Below, piece after piece: positions 9,449-20,100 of a DNA stretch of 64,000 bases (the first letter of the stretch is position 1; each line of letters opens with the position of its first letter). The DNA comes from Promethearchaeati archaeon SRVP18_Atabeyarchaeia-1 (GTDB taxonomy: Archaea; Asgardarchaeota; Atabeyarchaeia; Atabeyarchaeales; Atabeyarchaeaceae): the NCBI GenBank assembly GCA_037308085.1, contig CP147779.1:320001-384000 (forward strand), given 5' to 3'. The notes under the pieces were generated by a model, which saw only the letters and a program-made list of their open reading frames with translations, searched no databases and had not been told where the DNA came from. The position numbers and the translations under genes were made by a program.

Positions 9449-9898
9449 TTGGAAAGGCCAAGACCAACACACCCAGTAAAGTTGAAGAAGGAAGTGCTGG
9501 ACGGGATCAGAAAGCAAGCGCAATCTGCCAGCAATGAAATTGCAGGTCTACTCCTCGGAAGAATGCGCGGGAACACGCTCATTGTGACTGACATTGTGAC
9601 TGGCGAACAGTCAGGCTCTCGAACTCATGTTGTCCTAGATGACGAGTTCCTCGCTAGGGTCGCATCCGAATACGGAGAGCAAGGAAAGAAGAAGAGCATC
9701 GTCGGTTGGTATCACAGCCACCCAGACCTTGGCTGCTTCGTTTCCAGCACCGACTTTGAGACACAGAGGAGGTTCCAAGCGCTTTTTTCTGACGCAATAG
9801 GCTTGGTCATCGACCCGAGTCCGCCAGAGAGGCTTGCAGTGTTCCGTGTCGGCGAGGAAAAACCTAAGAGTGTCAAGGAAGAGGCCGCCGCGAACTAG
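9449..9898 (+). CDS. JAB1/MPN+ (JAMM) metallo-deubiquitinase, Rpn11/AMSH-like
   Basis: EIAGLLLG...VGWYHSHPDLGCFVSSTD, an intact E-HxH-x7-S-x2-D motif. Confidence 0.92.
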   Translation: MERPRPTHPVKLKKEVLDGIRKQAQSASNEIAGLLLGRMRGNTLIVTDIVTGEQSGSRTHVVLDDEFLARVASEYGEQGKKKSIVGWYHSHPDLGCFVSSTDFETQRRFQALFSDAIGLVIDPSPPERLAVFRVGEEKPKSVKEEAAAN

Positions 9899-9947
9899 GC
9901 ATCATTGGAGACATCTGCGGCCAGCCCAACTGGCTGCCTTCATACCT

Positions 9948-10748
9948 CTATCGACCGGAGGAATCTTCGTCCACAGCCTGCGCAGTCGAATCCGCTGCCC
10001 GCTCCTTTTCCTTCTTGCCAGTGCTTGGTAGCTGTGGCAATGACCCTGTAATCGTGTCCAACCTTCGTGAAAGACTGGCCAGCGCATCCCCGAGAAACTT
10101 CACCAGATCACTAAGGTCCTCTCTTAATCCTTCGACGGTCTTCTTCGTGTCCCCGACCAGTTGCGAAGCTTCGCCTATTCTCTTGTCAACGTAGTCTCGT
10201 AGACCATCCAGCTTTGCACCGTACTCCCTGGAACTGAGTGGCTCGTCAGCTCCTGACTTCCTGAGCTCATCGGAGAGCTTCTTCTCAAATAGGTTGAGGT
10301 TGTCCGAGAACTCCCTTCTTAGGTTGTTCGTTATGGCGCCTATGTATCTAGCCAGCTCAGTTGATTCCGCCTTTTGGCTTTCGACTGTCTCGACCGCTTT
10401 CCCCAACTTTGGTTCGAGCTCGTTGATTTTTTGGAAAGTTGCTTCAATCGATATTGCTGTCTCGGAGACCAGCCTCTTCATGCTCGTAATATCTTTTTCA
10501 AGATCCTTCATTTTGGATAGAACACTCTTCCTTATTTCCTCGGTCACTGACGAGAACTCAGAGTCCAAGATGTTCAGACCATCTACGACACGCTCCAAAG
10601 ATGAAACCGTGGGAACGTCACCCTTGGGCGTTGATATAGCACTTATCTGGATCTCAACTTTCTTCCTATCGCCGGCAGAAGGCGAGCGCTTCTCCACTTT
10701 CGTGAACTCGATTTCACTACTCTCGTCGGCGTCCTTCATCGCTAACAC
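9948..10748 (-). CDS. Hypothetical coiled-coil protein
   Basis: 266-aa ORF with a heptad-rich helical sequence; no family recognised. Confidence 0.7.
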   Translation of the reverse strand: MLAMKDADESSEIEFTKVEKRSPSAGDRKKVEIQISAISTPKGDVPTVSSLERVVDGLNILDSEFSSVTEEIRKSVLSKMKDLEKDITSMKRLVSETAISIEATFQKINELEPKLGKAVETVESQKAESTELARYIGAITNNLRREFSDNLNLFEKKLSDELRKSGADEPLSSREYGAKLDGLRDYVDKRIGEASQLVGDTKKTVEGLREDLSDLVKFLGDALASLSRRLDTITGSLPQLPSTGKKEKERAADSTAQAVDEDSSGR

Positions 10749-10978
10749 CAGACCTACTTAGAAAGAATCATTCATCCGCAAAATAGTGCAGGGCGAATGA
10801 GTGTCACACTACTATAAGACAATACTTATAGTTGACAGCGGTTATATTTGTTTAGCTAAAGTGTAGATGACTGCAAATCTGTTACTGCCAGCAGCTGGAT
10901 TTCGGTGAAAGTAAGTTGGTGCGCTCAACCCGTTTTGTCGTGACAGGCGTGAAGGTCGTTGGGAAATGGGACTGGGCA

Positions 10979-11167
10979 ATGAAGATGAAGTGCGTAGTCT
11001 GCAACTTGGACATCAAGAAAGGCGAGACGTTGCTTAAATGTCCCTACTGTGGCAACATTTCGCACAAAGTACACTTGCTTGCCTGGCTTCACGTCAAGAA
11101 CACTTGCCCAGCATGCAACCGGCGCCTATCCGAATCGGAACCTCAAGAATTCTCTCTGGAGGATTGA
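10979..11167 (+). CDS. Small RING-finger protein (putative E3)
   Basis: CVVC-x12-CPYC-x4-H-x2-H..W...CPAC, a RING variant upstream of Ub/E2/E1. Confidence 0.8.
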   Translation: MKMKCVVCNLDIKKGETLLKCPYCGNISHKVHLLAWLHVKNTCPACNRRLSESEPQEFSLED

Positions 11168-11459
11168 ACCGAGTATTCGTGAGGGCTAGCCAAAACAAGG
11201 AATGCGCTAGTCTGAACTCTACGTATCCGTTAGTCACTGTCTGCAGAAATCGACGGCTTAGTCGAACTCCCGATTCATGACTCTGACTTACTCATAAAGC
11301 GATCAGGGAGGATGAACCTTGGGAAGATCGCATTTTAAACATTGTAATCGGAAACACAAACGGAAAGGTATAATAGGTTAGGAATCCGTGAGAATTAATG
11401 ATCAATCTACAAAAAGCATTGTGAATTTGATCGCCTTGTAAGGGGTGGAGAAGACAAAA

Positions 11460-11699
11460 ATGATGCTGAAGATCGTTTCTGCAATCGGTGGGGACGTCAT
11501 CGAGATCGACGTGCCACCACAATCGACAGTTGCGGCCGTTAAGAGAGAAATCGCCTCAAAGAAGAAGATACCCGCCTCGACAGTCCTTCTAGTCTATCGC
11601 GGAAAGCAGTTGGATGACGACACTATGCTTCAGGATGCAAACGTGGGTGACTACGACAAACTCTACTTGATTACCAGAACTGAAGGCGGCAACGACTAG
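11460..11699 (+). CDS. Ubiquitin precursor (GG followed by ND)
   Basis: TVAAVKREI...LVYRGKQLDD..ML...LYLITRTEGG-ND: eukaryote-like ubiquitin fold. Confidence 0.92.
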   Translation: MMLKIVSAIGGDVIEIDVPPQSTVAAVKREIASKKKIPASTVLLVYRGKQLDDDTMLQDANVGDYDKLYLITRTEGGND

Positions 11700-11790
11700 A
11701 ATCTTAGGAACGAGAGAAAGGTTTCTCTCTCGAATTTATTTCGGCATAGAAGAGAGCATTGAACTTCGGTGCCACTAGGGGTGACACATT

Positions 11791-12255
11791 ATTCTATCTC
11801 AGAATGAGTATTGGGCGCGTCTTTCCATCGAAGCGAAAATGCTGGAACAAGAGGAGCCGAGCTTCCGCCCAGTGAAGGGCAATATTCGACTCTGGCGAGG
11901 ATACATACTTGGAACAGGAATATATGACGGCGGAGTGTTCCAGCTTGAAATCGAGATAACGGATAAGTTTCCTTTCGAGCCTCCGATTGTAAGATGTCTA
12001 ACTCCAGTTTTTCATCCCAATTTTAAAGCTGAAAGAGTTTGTGTGGGCATCCTAGGCAAGCAGTGGACTCCAGCCTCGTCTGTCGCCGGCGTAATTGAGG
12101 CTATAAGAAACCTGCTGAATTTCCCAAACCCCAACGATCCCCTTAACCTTGATGCGGCTGAGACAATGAGAAACAACCCCGACAAGTTCCGAAGGGAAGC
12201 TATGGATTGGGTCAGAAGATATGCAACCTGGGACAAGGTGAAGGAGCATAACTGA
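11791..12255 (+). CDS. Ubiquitin-conjugating enzyme E2 (probable ATT start at 11791; first ATG at 11839)
   Basis: YDGGVF...FPFEPP...FHPNF..RVCVGIL...W.P..S; catalytic Cys present. Confidence 0.92.
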   Translation: MLSQNEYWARLSIEAKMLEQEEPSFRPVKGNIRLWRGYILGTGIYDGGVFQLEIEITDKFPFEPPIVRCLTPVFHPNFKAERVCVGILGKQWTPASSVAGVIEAIRNLLNFPNPNDPLNLDAAETMRNNPDKFRREAMDWVRRYATWDKVKEHN

Positions 12256-13300
12256 CAATAAGAAGCGCAAGGACGGAGAATCAGCGGAAAAAGAGGGGAG
12301 GTACAGCAGACAGCTTATCGCCGAAGAATGGAAGCAAGACAGACTGAAAGCAGCCAAGGTCTTGATAGCGGGGGTCGGCGCACTAGGATCAGTTGTAGCC
12401 ACTAACTTGGTGTCCCTCGGCGTCGGGGAAACAATACTCGTGGACTTCGACACCGTAGAAATCACCAATCTCAACAGGCAGCTCATTTATAGAGAAAAAG
12501 ACATCGGAAAGCCAAAAGTTGAAGCTGCAAGTAGGTTCCTCGCAGATCTCAACCCAGATGTTAGCATTAGAGTGTACGATCAGGACCTTCACCAAATTCC
12601 CAAGGAAGTATTTGAATCGTGTAGCGTAATTGTTGACTGCCTCGACACCTTCGAGGTAAGGAGATGGCTCAACTCAGTTTGTGTAACCCTAAAGAGGCCA
12701 CTTATCCATGGTGGGTTATACGGTTGGATGGGAAATGTCCAGGTTGTGATCCCCTACAAAACGCCCTGCCTAGAGTGTCAGCCACTGATACCTACTGAAA
12801 GACTACAGAAGGCTTGCACACCGCCTGGAGCAAGAAGACTTATAGAGCAACGAGAGAAGCAGGAAGAGGAGAAGCGCCAGAAGGTTCCCTCCTTTCCGAC
12901 AGTTCCCACGGTGATAGGTGGAATCCAGTCTCAGGAAGCATTGAAGCTTATCATGGGAGGGGAAAGCTTCTCCATACTTGACAATTACTTGTTCTATGAT
13001 GGCAAGAGTGAGTCATTCACACAGATTCAGCTACAAAGGAACCCGGGTTGCATAGTATGTGGAGAAAAATATGCGCTTAAGACGGTTGAGTATGCCATCG
13101 ACAGAGAAGAAAACATACGTTCACTAAAAGATCGGTTGATTGTTTCCTGGGGGCTCGTTGAGCCAATTAGAGTCATCTCAAAAGGGGTAATCCTCGAAGA
13201 CGACATGAGAATAGGAGACCTCAACAAGGGTCAGAGCACAGATCTCTACGTCTACGATCTTTCATTGTACAAGCCGATGCGACTAGTGCTCAAGACATAG
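12248..13300 (+). CDS. Ubiquitin-activating enzyme E1 (ThiF/MoeB fold + C-terminal ubiquitin-fold domain; probable ATA start at 12248)
   Basis: RYSRQ upstream of the annotated TTG, GVGALG, DFDTVEITNLNRQ, PCLEC, KACT (catalytic Cys), CIVC. Confidence 0.9.
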   Translation: MTDNKKRKDGESAEKEGRYSRQLIAEEWKQDRLKAAKVLIAGVGALGSVVATNLVSLGVGETILVDFDTVEITNLNRQLIYREKDIGKPKVEAASRFLADLNPDVSIRVYDQDLHQIPKEVFESCSVIVDCLDTFEVRRWLNSVCVTLKRPLIHGGLYGWMGNVQVVIPYKTPCLECQPLIPTERLQKACTPPGARRLIEQREKQEEEKRQKVPSFPTVPTVIGGIQSQEALKLIMGGESFSILDNYLFYDGKSESFTQIQLQRNPGCIVCGEKYALKTVEYAIDREENIRSLKDRLIVSWGLVEPIRVISKGVILEDDMRIGDLNKGQSTDLYVYDLSLYKPMRLVLKT

Positions 13301-13319
13301 AAAATCATATGATGGGAAG

Positions 13320-13784
13320 CTACGCTGATCCTGTGCCAGTTTCCTCCAGCCATACTGTGTCCTGGTCCTCGTCTATGTCGATACTCAACCATTCGCTCGC
13401 CGGATAATAGAGCGTCTTTTCATGCGCAAGTCTGATGAATGTCAATGATCTGCAATCATAGCAGTAAACTTCGAAATGGAAGCCCCCCTTGACTTCAAAA
13501 TATCTTTTACCACTATCCCAGATTTCTCCCGAGCCGACAATGCTCTTAATGAGCTCTCCTCTCGAGTTGACATGTGCCTTGATCGCATTCTCGATTACCA
13601 CAGATACCTCATTCATCGTTACCGGTATTCTCGTCGAATCCTTAAAGAAGTAGTTGCCTGAATAGACGCTGTACTTGCCTCTTGATTTTCGCGTCATCGT
13701 GGGCGAGCGTATTAGCCCATCGATTTTCGCCAGATAGTCGACGATTGCGTCGTGTAGTTCGCTCGACAATGATGCCATGATCAT
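13320..13784 (-). CDS. Hypothetical protein
   Basis: 154-aa ORF; no motif recognised. Confidence 0.55.
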   Translation of the reverse strand: MIMASLSSELHDAIVDYLAKIDGLIRSPTMTRKSRGKYSVYSGNYFFKDSTRIPVTMNEVSVVIENAIKAHVNSRGELIKSIVGSGEIWDSGKRYFEVKGGFHFEVYCYDCRSLTFIRLAHEKTLYYPASEWLSIDIDEDQDTVWLEETGTGSA

Positions 13785-14108
13785 AAATATGGCGCGAACA
13801 AACCTATTTAATAATTCTTGGTTGACTCAGACTTTAGGCACGGTTTTTATCCATAGACGAGTCTGATAAATTAGATCGCCTGTCTTAAGACTCTCGGACT
13901 CTGGAGTCTCGGAAGTCGCGGTGGCAGTGGATCACCTGATTTATGTCTTACTATTATTCACAGATGAAAAAGAGAGTATACACCAAAAGGCTGACCCCTT
14001 TAGATGATCTCCGTTTACCTTCGACATTAGATTGTGTTATCCTTATTGTATCCTTATTGAAGATCTCTTTATACCATAAAGCGAGAACCAGGTAATCAAA
14101 GTAGGGTC

Positions 14109-14187
14109 AGGTCATCTAGGTCATTTGTTATGCGATTATTTTTACATTTTTGTATTAACCATCGATCAGAAATGACCTCCTTGACCT
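14109..14187. repeat. Inverted repeat of tandem AGGTCA units around an AT-rich spacer
   Basis: AGGTCAtctAGGTCATTT (14109-14126) and AAATGACCTcctTGACCT (14170-14187). Confidence 0.6.
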
Positions 14188-14331
14188 CGCTCCAATCGCC
14201 TTGAGCGCATCGAGTCGTCGAGAAGGCTAAGAAGCAGGGGCTAATCCCATCTCGAGCTAGACAGAGCTCTCTCACTAGCTACTGACTTTGCCGATTGTCC
14301 AGATATCCATTGCAGAATCAGCTTCGTCTAC

Positions 14332-14631
14332 TCAATCTTCCTTGAACCTGTCAACAAATGATGGCTTTCGGGCCACGTCTCGCGTTTTGGCCTTAACCTT
14401 CTCTTTACGGACTTCCTCGTTCGTTATGCAGGTGAGTGTCGCAATGTATTCTTCGCTCAGGTCGAATCCTGAAAGGTACCCAGCCACCCAATCCTTTGTC
14501 CATGGTAAGCCTGTTCCACCCCGCCCCATGGCAATAAGTAAGCCCAGCAGAGCACCGATCTTCTTTCCCAATTCGCGAATCTCATATTGCGGACTTCTGT
14601 CCACGTCTTGACCCCTCCTATTCGCAAGCAT
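14332..14631 (-). CDS. Small hypothetical protein
   Basis: 99-aa ORF with a TATA-like element upstream. Confidence 0.45.
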   Translation of the reverse strand: MLANRRGQDVDRSPQYEIRELGKKIGALLGLLIAMGRGGTGLPWTKDWVAGYLSGFDLSEEYIATLTCITNEEVRKEKVKAKTRDVARKPSFVDRFKED

Positions 14632-14902
14632 GCGTCGTTATGACGCGTAACGGTGTTACTTTGCTCTATATATGCCTCTCTTAGGCAGCGATCTCCGAGC
14701 TGTCTAGCATGGACTGGCTAGTTTCGAACCCTGCATGCGACTGGCTCTGGTTGCATATCAATGGCAGAGATTTCGAGTAAGCTTGGATAAGCGATTCATG
14801 GACTTTCCGCCTGATGTCCTCCTCTTTATCCGGAGCCATCCATTAATTATAACTATCTAAAGGTCCTCATTTGTTGCTGGAGAATGTGAGGTGTTTTGAG
14901 GT

Positions 14903-15709
14903 TTGCCGGGTCTCAAGATTGCAGTGTCAGGCAAAGGTGGAGTCGGAAAGACGACTATAGCTGGTACGCTTGCTAGGCTCTTCGCCAAGGATGGAAACAA
15001 GATCTTGGCAGTCGACGCAGATCCGAGCATGAACCTATATACAGCGATAGGTTTGGATAGAACTGCTATGAATAAGATACACCCAATCAGCGAGATGTCT
15101 AATCTGATTGAGGAAAGAACAGGGGCAAAACCTGGTACGTCCGGCGGGATTTTCGTGGTAAATCCGAAAGTCTCTGACATACCTGATAGGTTCTCAGTTC
15201 TAGGCCCTGATGGCGTGAAGCTTCTGGTAATGGGTTCCATAAAGCCGGCGGGGACAGGATGTTTTTGCCCCGAGAATGCGCTAATAAGGACCTTAGTTTC
15301 TCACATAATCCTCGACAGGGGAGAAATCGTAATAATGGACATGGAAGCCGGGGTGGAGCACCTAACCAGGGGAACTGCTAGAAGTGTTGATCTCATGCTC
15401 ATTGTGGTCGAGCCTGGTCAGAGATCGATGGAATTGGCAGAGACTATCAAGAGACTCTCTTCCAATCTTGGAATCAAGAGGATATGCTTCGTGGCAAACA
15501 AGGTGAGATCGGACAAGGAAGAGGAATTCGTGATCAAGTCAGCTCAATCAGCGAAGACGGACTTGATTGGCATCGTACACTATGACGACGAGGCCAATAT
15601 CGCCGATAGGGAAGGAAGAGCAGTAGTAGACTTGGCCCCAGATTCCAGAATCATAAGAGAGATAAAGGAAGTGAAGGAAAAAATCAGCAGGGTTTACTCG
15701 TTGCCCTAG
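14903..15709 (+). CDS. cooC: CooC/AcsF-type nickel-insertion ATPase
   Basis: GKGGVGKT, DADP, GCFCPEN, DMEAGVEHL. Confidence 0.9.
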   Translation: MPGLKIAVSGKGGVGKTTIAGTLARLFAKDGNKILAVDADPSMNLYTAIGLDRTAMNKIHPISEMSNLIEERTGAKPGTSGGIFVVNPKVSDIPDRFSVLGPDGVKLLVMGSIKPAGTGCFCPENALIRTLVSHIILDRGEIVIMDMEAGVEHLTRGTARSVDLMLIVVEPGQRSMELAETIKRLSSNLGIKRICFVANKVRSDKEEEFVIKSAQSAKTDLIGIVHYDDEANIADREGRAVVDLAPDSRIIREIKEVKEKISRVYSLP

Positions 15710-15769
15710 CCAAAGCGGGCTTCCAACAAGTTCTCAGCCAAGTAAGATGCGCGAAGAAGGTATCGAGCT

Positions 15770-16915
15770 TTGAGCGGAAAAACTGTCATAATCTACAGCG
15801 ATGACTTCATGAAATATGATTTTGGACCTTCACACCCCCTAAGGCCGATAAGGCTCAAACTTACTTTTGAGCTGCTCAAAGCCACCGGTGTACTGAATAA
15901 TCCCCTTGTTGGCGTTCAGTTGCCCCGCCAGGCAAATGAAGGCGAGCTTCTGATGGTACATAGCAGAGAATACGTGGAAGAAGTCAAGGCCTTCAGCAGA
16001 ACTGGTGCAGGCTACTTGGATGCGGGGGACACACCCGCATTCAAGGGAATCCATGAGGCCACAGCAATGGCCGTCGGCGGATCGCTAGTAGCTGCCGACT
16101 TAGTCATGAAGGGAGAGGCGACACATGCTTTCAACCCAGCGGGGGGACTACACCATGCTGGAAGAGATCATGCGGCCGGCTTCTGCGTCTACAACGATAT
16201 AGCAGTAGCAATAAGACATATACAGAAAGCCTATGGAGTAAGAAAAGTGGCTGTAGTTGATGTCGACGTGCACCACGGCGACGGTACACAAGCAATCTTC
16301 TACAGTGATCCAACCGTCCTGGGGATCGATTTCCACGAAGATGGAACATACCTATACCCTGGGAGCGGTTCTGTGCGAGAGACAGGAGAAGGGGCAGGTC
16401 GAGGGTACAAGGTGAATATCCCACTCCCACCTCTGACGGGTAGTGAATGCTATCTACATGCCTTCGATGAGGTGACCCCCGCGCTAATAAGAGCATTCAA
16501 GCCTGAGATAATAGTAAATCAGTTTGGAGCAGATACACATTACGATGATCCACTTGCGCATCTGAGCCTCACAATGGATGTGTACGGGAAAATCGCCTCA
16601 AGGCTGCATTCATTGGCTCACGAAGTCTGTGGAGGTAAGTACTTGGTCCTCGGAGGAGGGGGGTACAAGCCAGAAAGCGTCGCTAGAGTATGGACGACCA
16701 TGTTCAGCAATATCAGCGAAAGCACGATACCAGACAAGATACCCGAAGAGTGGGTGAAGTTCTGCAGAGAGAAAATGAAGAGAGAACCCCCAACCACCTT
16801 CTCAGATGAGTATGAGCGCTCTATCAACAACTCCGAGCGAGAAAAGATAACTTGGACAGTTGAGCAGACACTGAAGGAAATCAAGAGCAAGATATTCCCG
16901 GCATGGAGAATTTAA
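15770..16915 (+). CDS. Histone deacetylase family (AcuC-like) protein
   Basis: HPLRP.R, GGLHHA, GFC.YND, DVDVHHGDG, GADTH..DPL, GGGGY. Confidence 0.93.
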   Translation: MSGKTVIIYSDDFMKYDFGPSHPLRPIRLKLTFELLKATGVLNNPLVGVQLPRQANEGELLMVHSREYVEEVKAFSRTGAGYLDAGDTPAFKGIHEATAMAVGGSLVAADLVMKGEATHAFNPAGGLHHAGRDHAAGFCVYNDIAVAIRHIQKAYGVRKVAVVDVDVHHGDGTQAIFYSDPTVLGIDFHEDGTYLYPGSGSVRETGEGAGRGYKVNIPLPPLTGSECYLHAFDEVTPALIRAFKPEIIVNQFGADTHYDDPLAHLSLTMDVYGKIASRLHSLAHEVCGGKYLVLGGGGYKPESVARVWTTMFSNISESTIPDKIPEEWVKFCREKMKREPPTTFSDEYERSINNSEREKITWTVEQTLKEIKSKIFPAWRI

Positions 16916-17117
16916 CCGTAGCCCGCTATCATCTGGGAGTCTGTTGTTTCACGGAGATTCAGCCTCGATCAACTAGGTTTAAAGGATCTCTACGTTAATC
17001 TACCTAGTTGATGGTTCACTCCAGCGACCACGTTTTTCCGAAGGCGCAATATCAGGGTAGAGATCATCGTCTGCCCTGAAGCATGACGTAACACGCGAGT
17101 GGAGAGGACAGTAGAGT

Positions 17118-20100
17118 TTGACTGGGGACGCTCCGAGTCTTGACGATTATTTTCCTCCAACCAGTAATGGCAAGGAGAATCGAGCCTCCAAGGGCAGCGT
17201 AGGTCCTGGCGGGAAGAAGAAGGTTCAAGGTGAATTGGATCTCGATGTGACAGATCATGAGCCCACCTTGTCGGAGTCTGACGAGGAAGACGAGGAGGAG
17301 GAAGAAGCAGAATCGAAGATCGGAGAAATTGCTGGTCACAAGTACGTAACTGAAGCTCCTCCATCCGTTCTCCTCGCAGTCAGGTACGACGGAGAATCCA
17401 GAAGTGCTTTTGCAAGGCTGTACGATCCTGAGACAAGGCAGCTCTCCGATTGGAAGGACAACACTGGGCACCTTCCATATTGCTTCACAGATATACCGCC
17501 TGACGTGATAAGAAAGAACTTTACAAAGATAGTCAACCACCCCGGCTTCAGAGACCTTGGCGTGGCTGACAAATACGACTTGTTGTCTGACAAACAAGTC
17601 AAGATGACCAAGATTGTGGCCGCTGATCCACTAGCGATTGGTGGAAGAACAGATTCGATAAGAGAGTACCTGCCTGATAACGTGTGGGAAGCGAAAATAC
17701 CGTACCACATATGCTACATATATGACCGAGGGTTAACCCCTGGAATGCTTTACCGAGTAAGCAAGAACCAGCTTCTGCCCGTAGAGAGCAAGATACCGGA
17801 AAGTCTGAGGCATGAGTTTTCGCAGATTTTTGAGAATGACCCCCAAGAATTCAAAGAATTGCTCCCTAGATTGTTGCCATATTTCATAGAACCCACACCA
17901 GACATAAGAAGAGTGGCGGTTGACATTGAGGTTCACGCACCCATAGTGGACCGAATACCAGATGCGACACTAGCTGAGCATAGTGTGTTCGCTGTCTCTT
18001 TGGCTTCAAATGATGGGTTAAAAGAGGTCTATTTGCTCAAACCAGAGGGGGAGGACAGCAATTATCGAGGCTTGCTCAATTCCTCACCCAACGAAGAGTT
18101 TCGAGTGACTTTATTTGATAGTGAGGTAAAGCTTCTGAAGAAGACCTTTGAGGTTCTCGATGATTACCCCATTGTCTTAACTTTCAATGGTGACCAATTC
18201 GATTTACGATATCTTTCACACCGAGCACGGAAGCTCGGCATCGACGTTAACAAGACCCCCATAATCCTGACAAAAGACAGAGCGATGCTGAAGCGCGGCG
18301 AACATATCGATCTCTACAGATTCTTCTTCAATCGTTCAATCCAAGTATACGCGTTCTCGAACAAATATAGAGATCTCTCGCTCGACACTGTATCCAGGGC
18401 ATTGATTGGAATCGGGAAAGCGGAGATCAGCAAACCAATTGACCAGCTTTCACCCACGGAGCTTGCCACCTACTCCTGGCAGGACGCCAAAATAACTTTC
18501 GGGTTAACTCAGTTCAATGGTAACCTCGTTCTCAACCTGATATTGCTGATCATGAGGCTCTCTCATCTGCCGATTGAAGATGTGACAAGACAGGCAGTCT
18601 CAGCTTGGATTCGGAGCCTCTTCTATTTTGAGCACCGCAGAGCAGGGTATCTTATCCCACGACCGCAGGACATTTCCAGGGTCAAAGGCAATGTTGATAC
18701 GAGGGCCATAATCAAGGGAAAGAAGTACCAAGGAGGAATAGTTGTCGAGCCTCAAAAGGGCGTGCACTTCAAAGTAGCGGTACTCGACTTTGCTTCTCTA
18801 TACCCAAGTATAATAAAAACGAGGAACCTCAGCTATGAGACTGTGAGATGCATTCACCCTGAGTGCAGGGCGAACAAGATTCCAGAGACTACTCACTGGG
18901 TTTGCATCAAGCGACGAGGCATATCATCGCTTCTCATCGGATTCTTACGCGACATAAGGGTGAAATGGTTCAAACTCAAGTCCAAGGACAAGAAGCTCGA
19001 CAAAAACCAAAGAGATCTCTATGAGGCAGTATCTCAAGCGCTGAAAGTATTCCTGAATGCCAGCTATGGAGTTTTCGGCGCCGAGGCATTCCCGCTGTAC
19101 TGCCCCCCCGTCGCCGAAAGCACCACTGCAGTAGGCAGATACGCCATAAAGAAAACCATAGAAAAGGCAAAAGAGCTGGGCGTCGAAGTCATCTACGGCG
19201 ACAGTCTTGCTTATGATCGCAGGATCTTCGTCCAGACTCCGGAAGGCGACATCCGTCTCCGAAAAATAGGAGAATTTATTGATGAAAATATGGCCAACCC
19301 AAGTGGGTATAGGACTCTGGCGCTTGAAAACGGAAAAGTCAGATTCCAGCCTATAGCGAGGTTGATTAGACACAGATACGACGGACAAATGCTGAGGATT
19401 ACCGCACAGCACGGCAGAACTGTTGTAACGAAGCAGCACTCAGTCTACACTTACAGGGATGGAAACATAACTCTTTGCGATGCTGGAAAATTGAGGAAAG
19501 GGGATCTTCTCTTTTCTCTAACTAATCCCATTATAGAGTCGACTTACAAAGAGAATCACGTCTTTGATCTGGCAAAACTTAACTGGGAGAACTACAAGGA
19601 CGAAGTTTTGTTATGGAGAGACAACCTCAGATTCCCTAAAAAAGGAGGGTTCTGCCCCTATTGCGGCAAGAATGTAGCCTATCTCTCTACTCACGCTCAT
19701 CTTGAGCATTCAAATCGAAGGCTGCCCCTGTCTTCCAACGTTGATTGGAGGTTCATAGGTGGCAAGAATGCCAAATCCGAAAGGATCCCCAGATTCATCC
19801 AACTGACTCAGGATCTAGCTTGGATTCTAGGATTCTACTGTGCTGAGGGTTCAACCTCAGATGTCGAAACGAGATATGGCAGAAAACGCGTTCTCTTCTT
19901 CGGTGGGCAGAAAAGAAAGCATGTGGAGAGGATAAAGAAGTACTTTGACGAGCTACTAGGCAAGAATTCCAAAATCATAAGAGACGTAGACAAGAGAACT
20001 GGAAATCCGATGTATTATTATCACGTTTCTGGTGTTCCTGCCGTCGCGCTCTTCTCGGAGGCATTCGGGTGTAAGAGCGGCGCATCGCAGAAGAGAGTTC

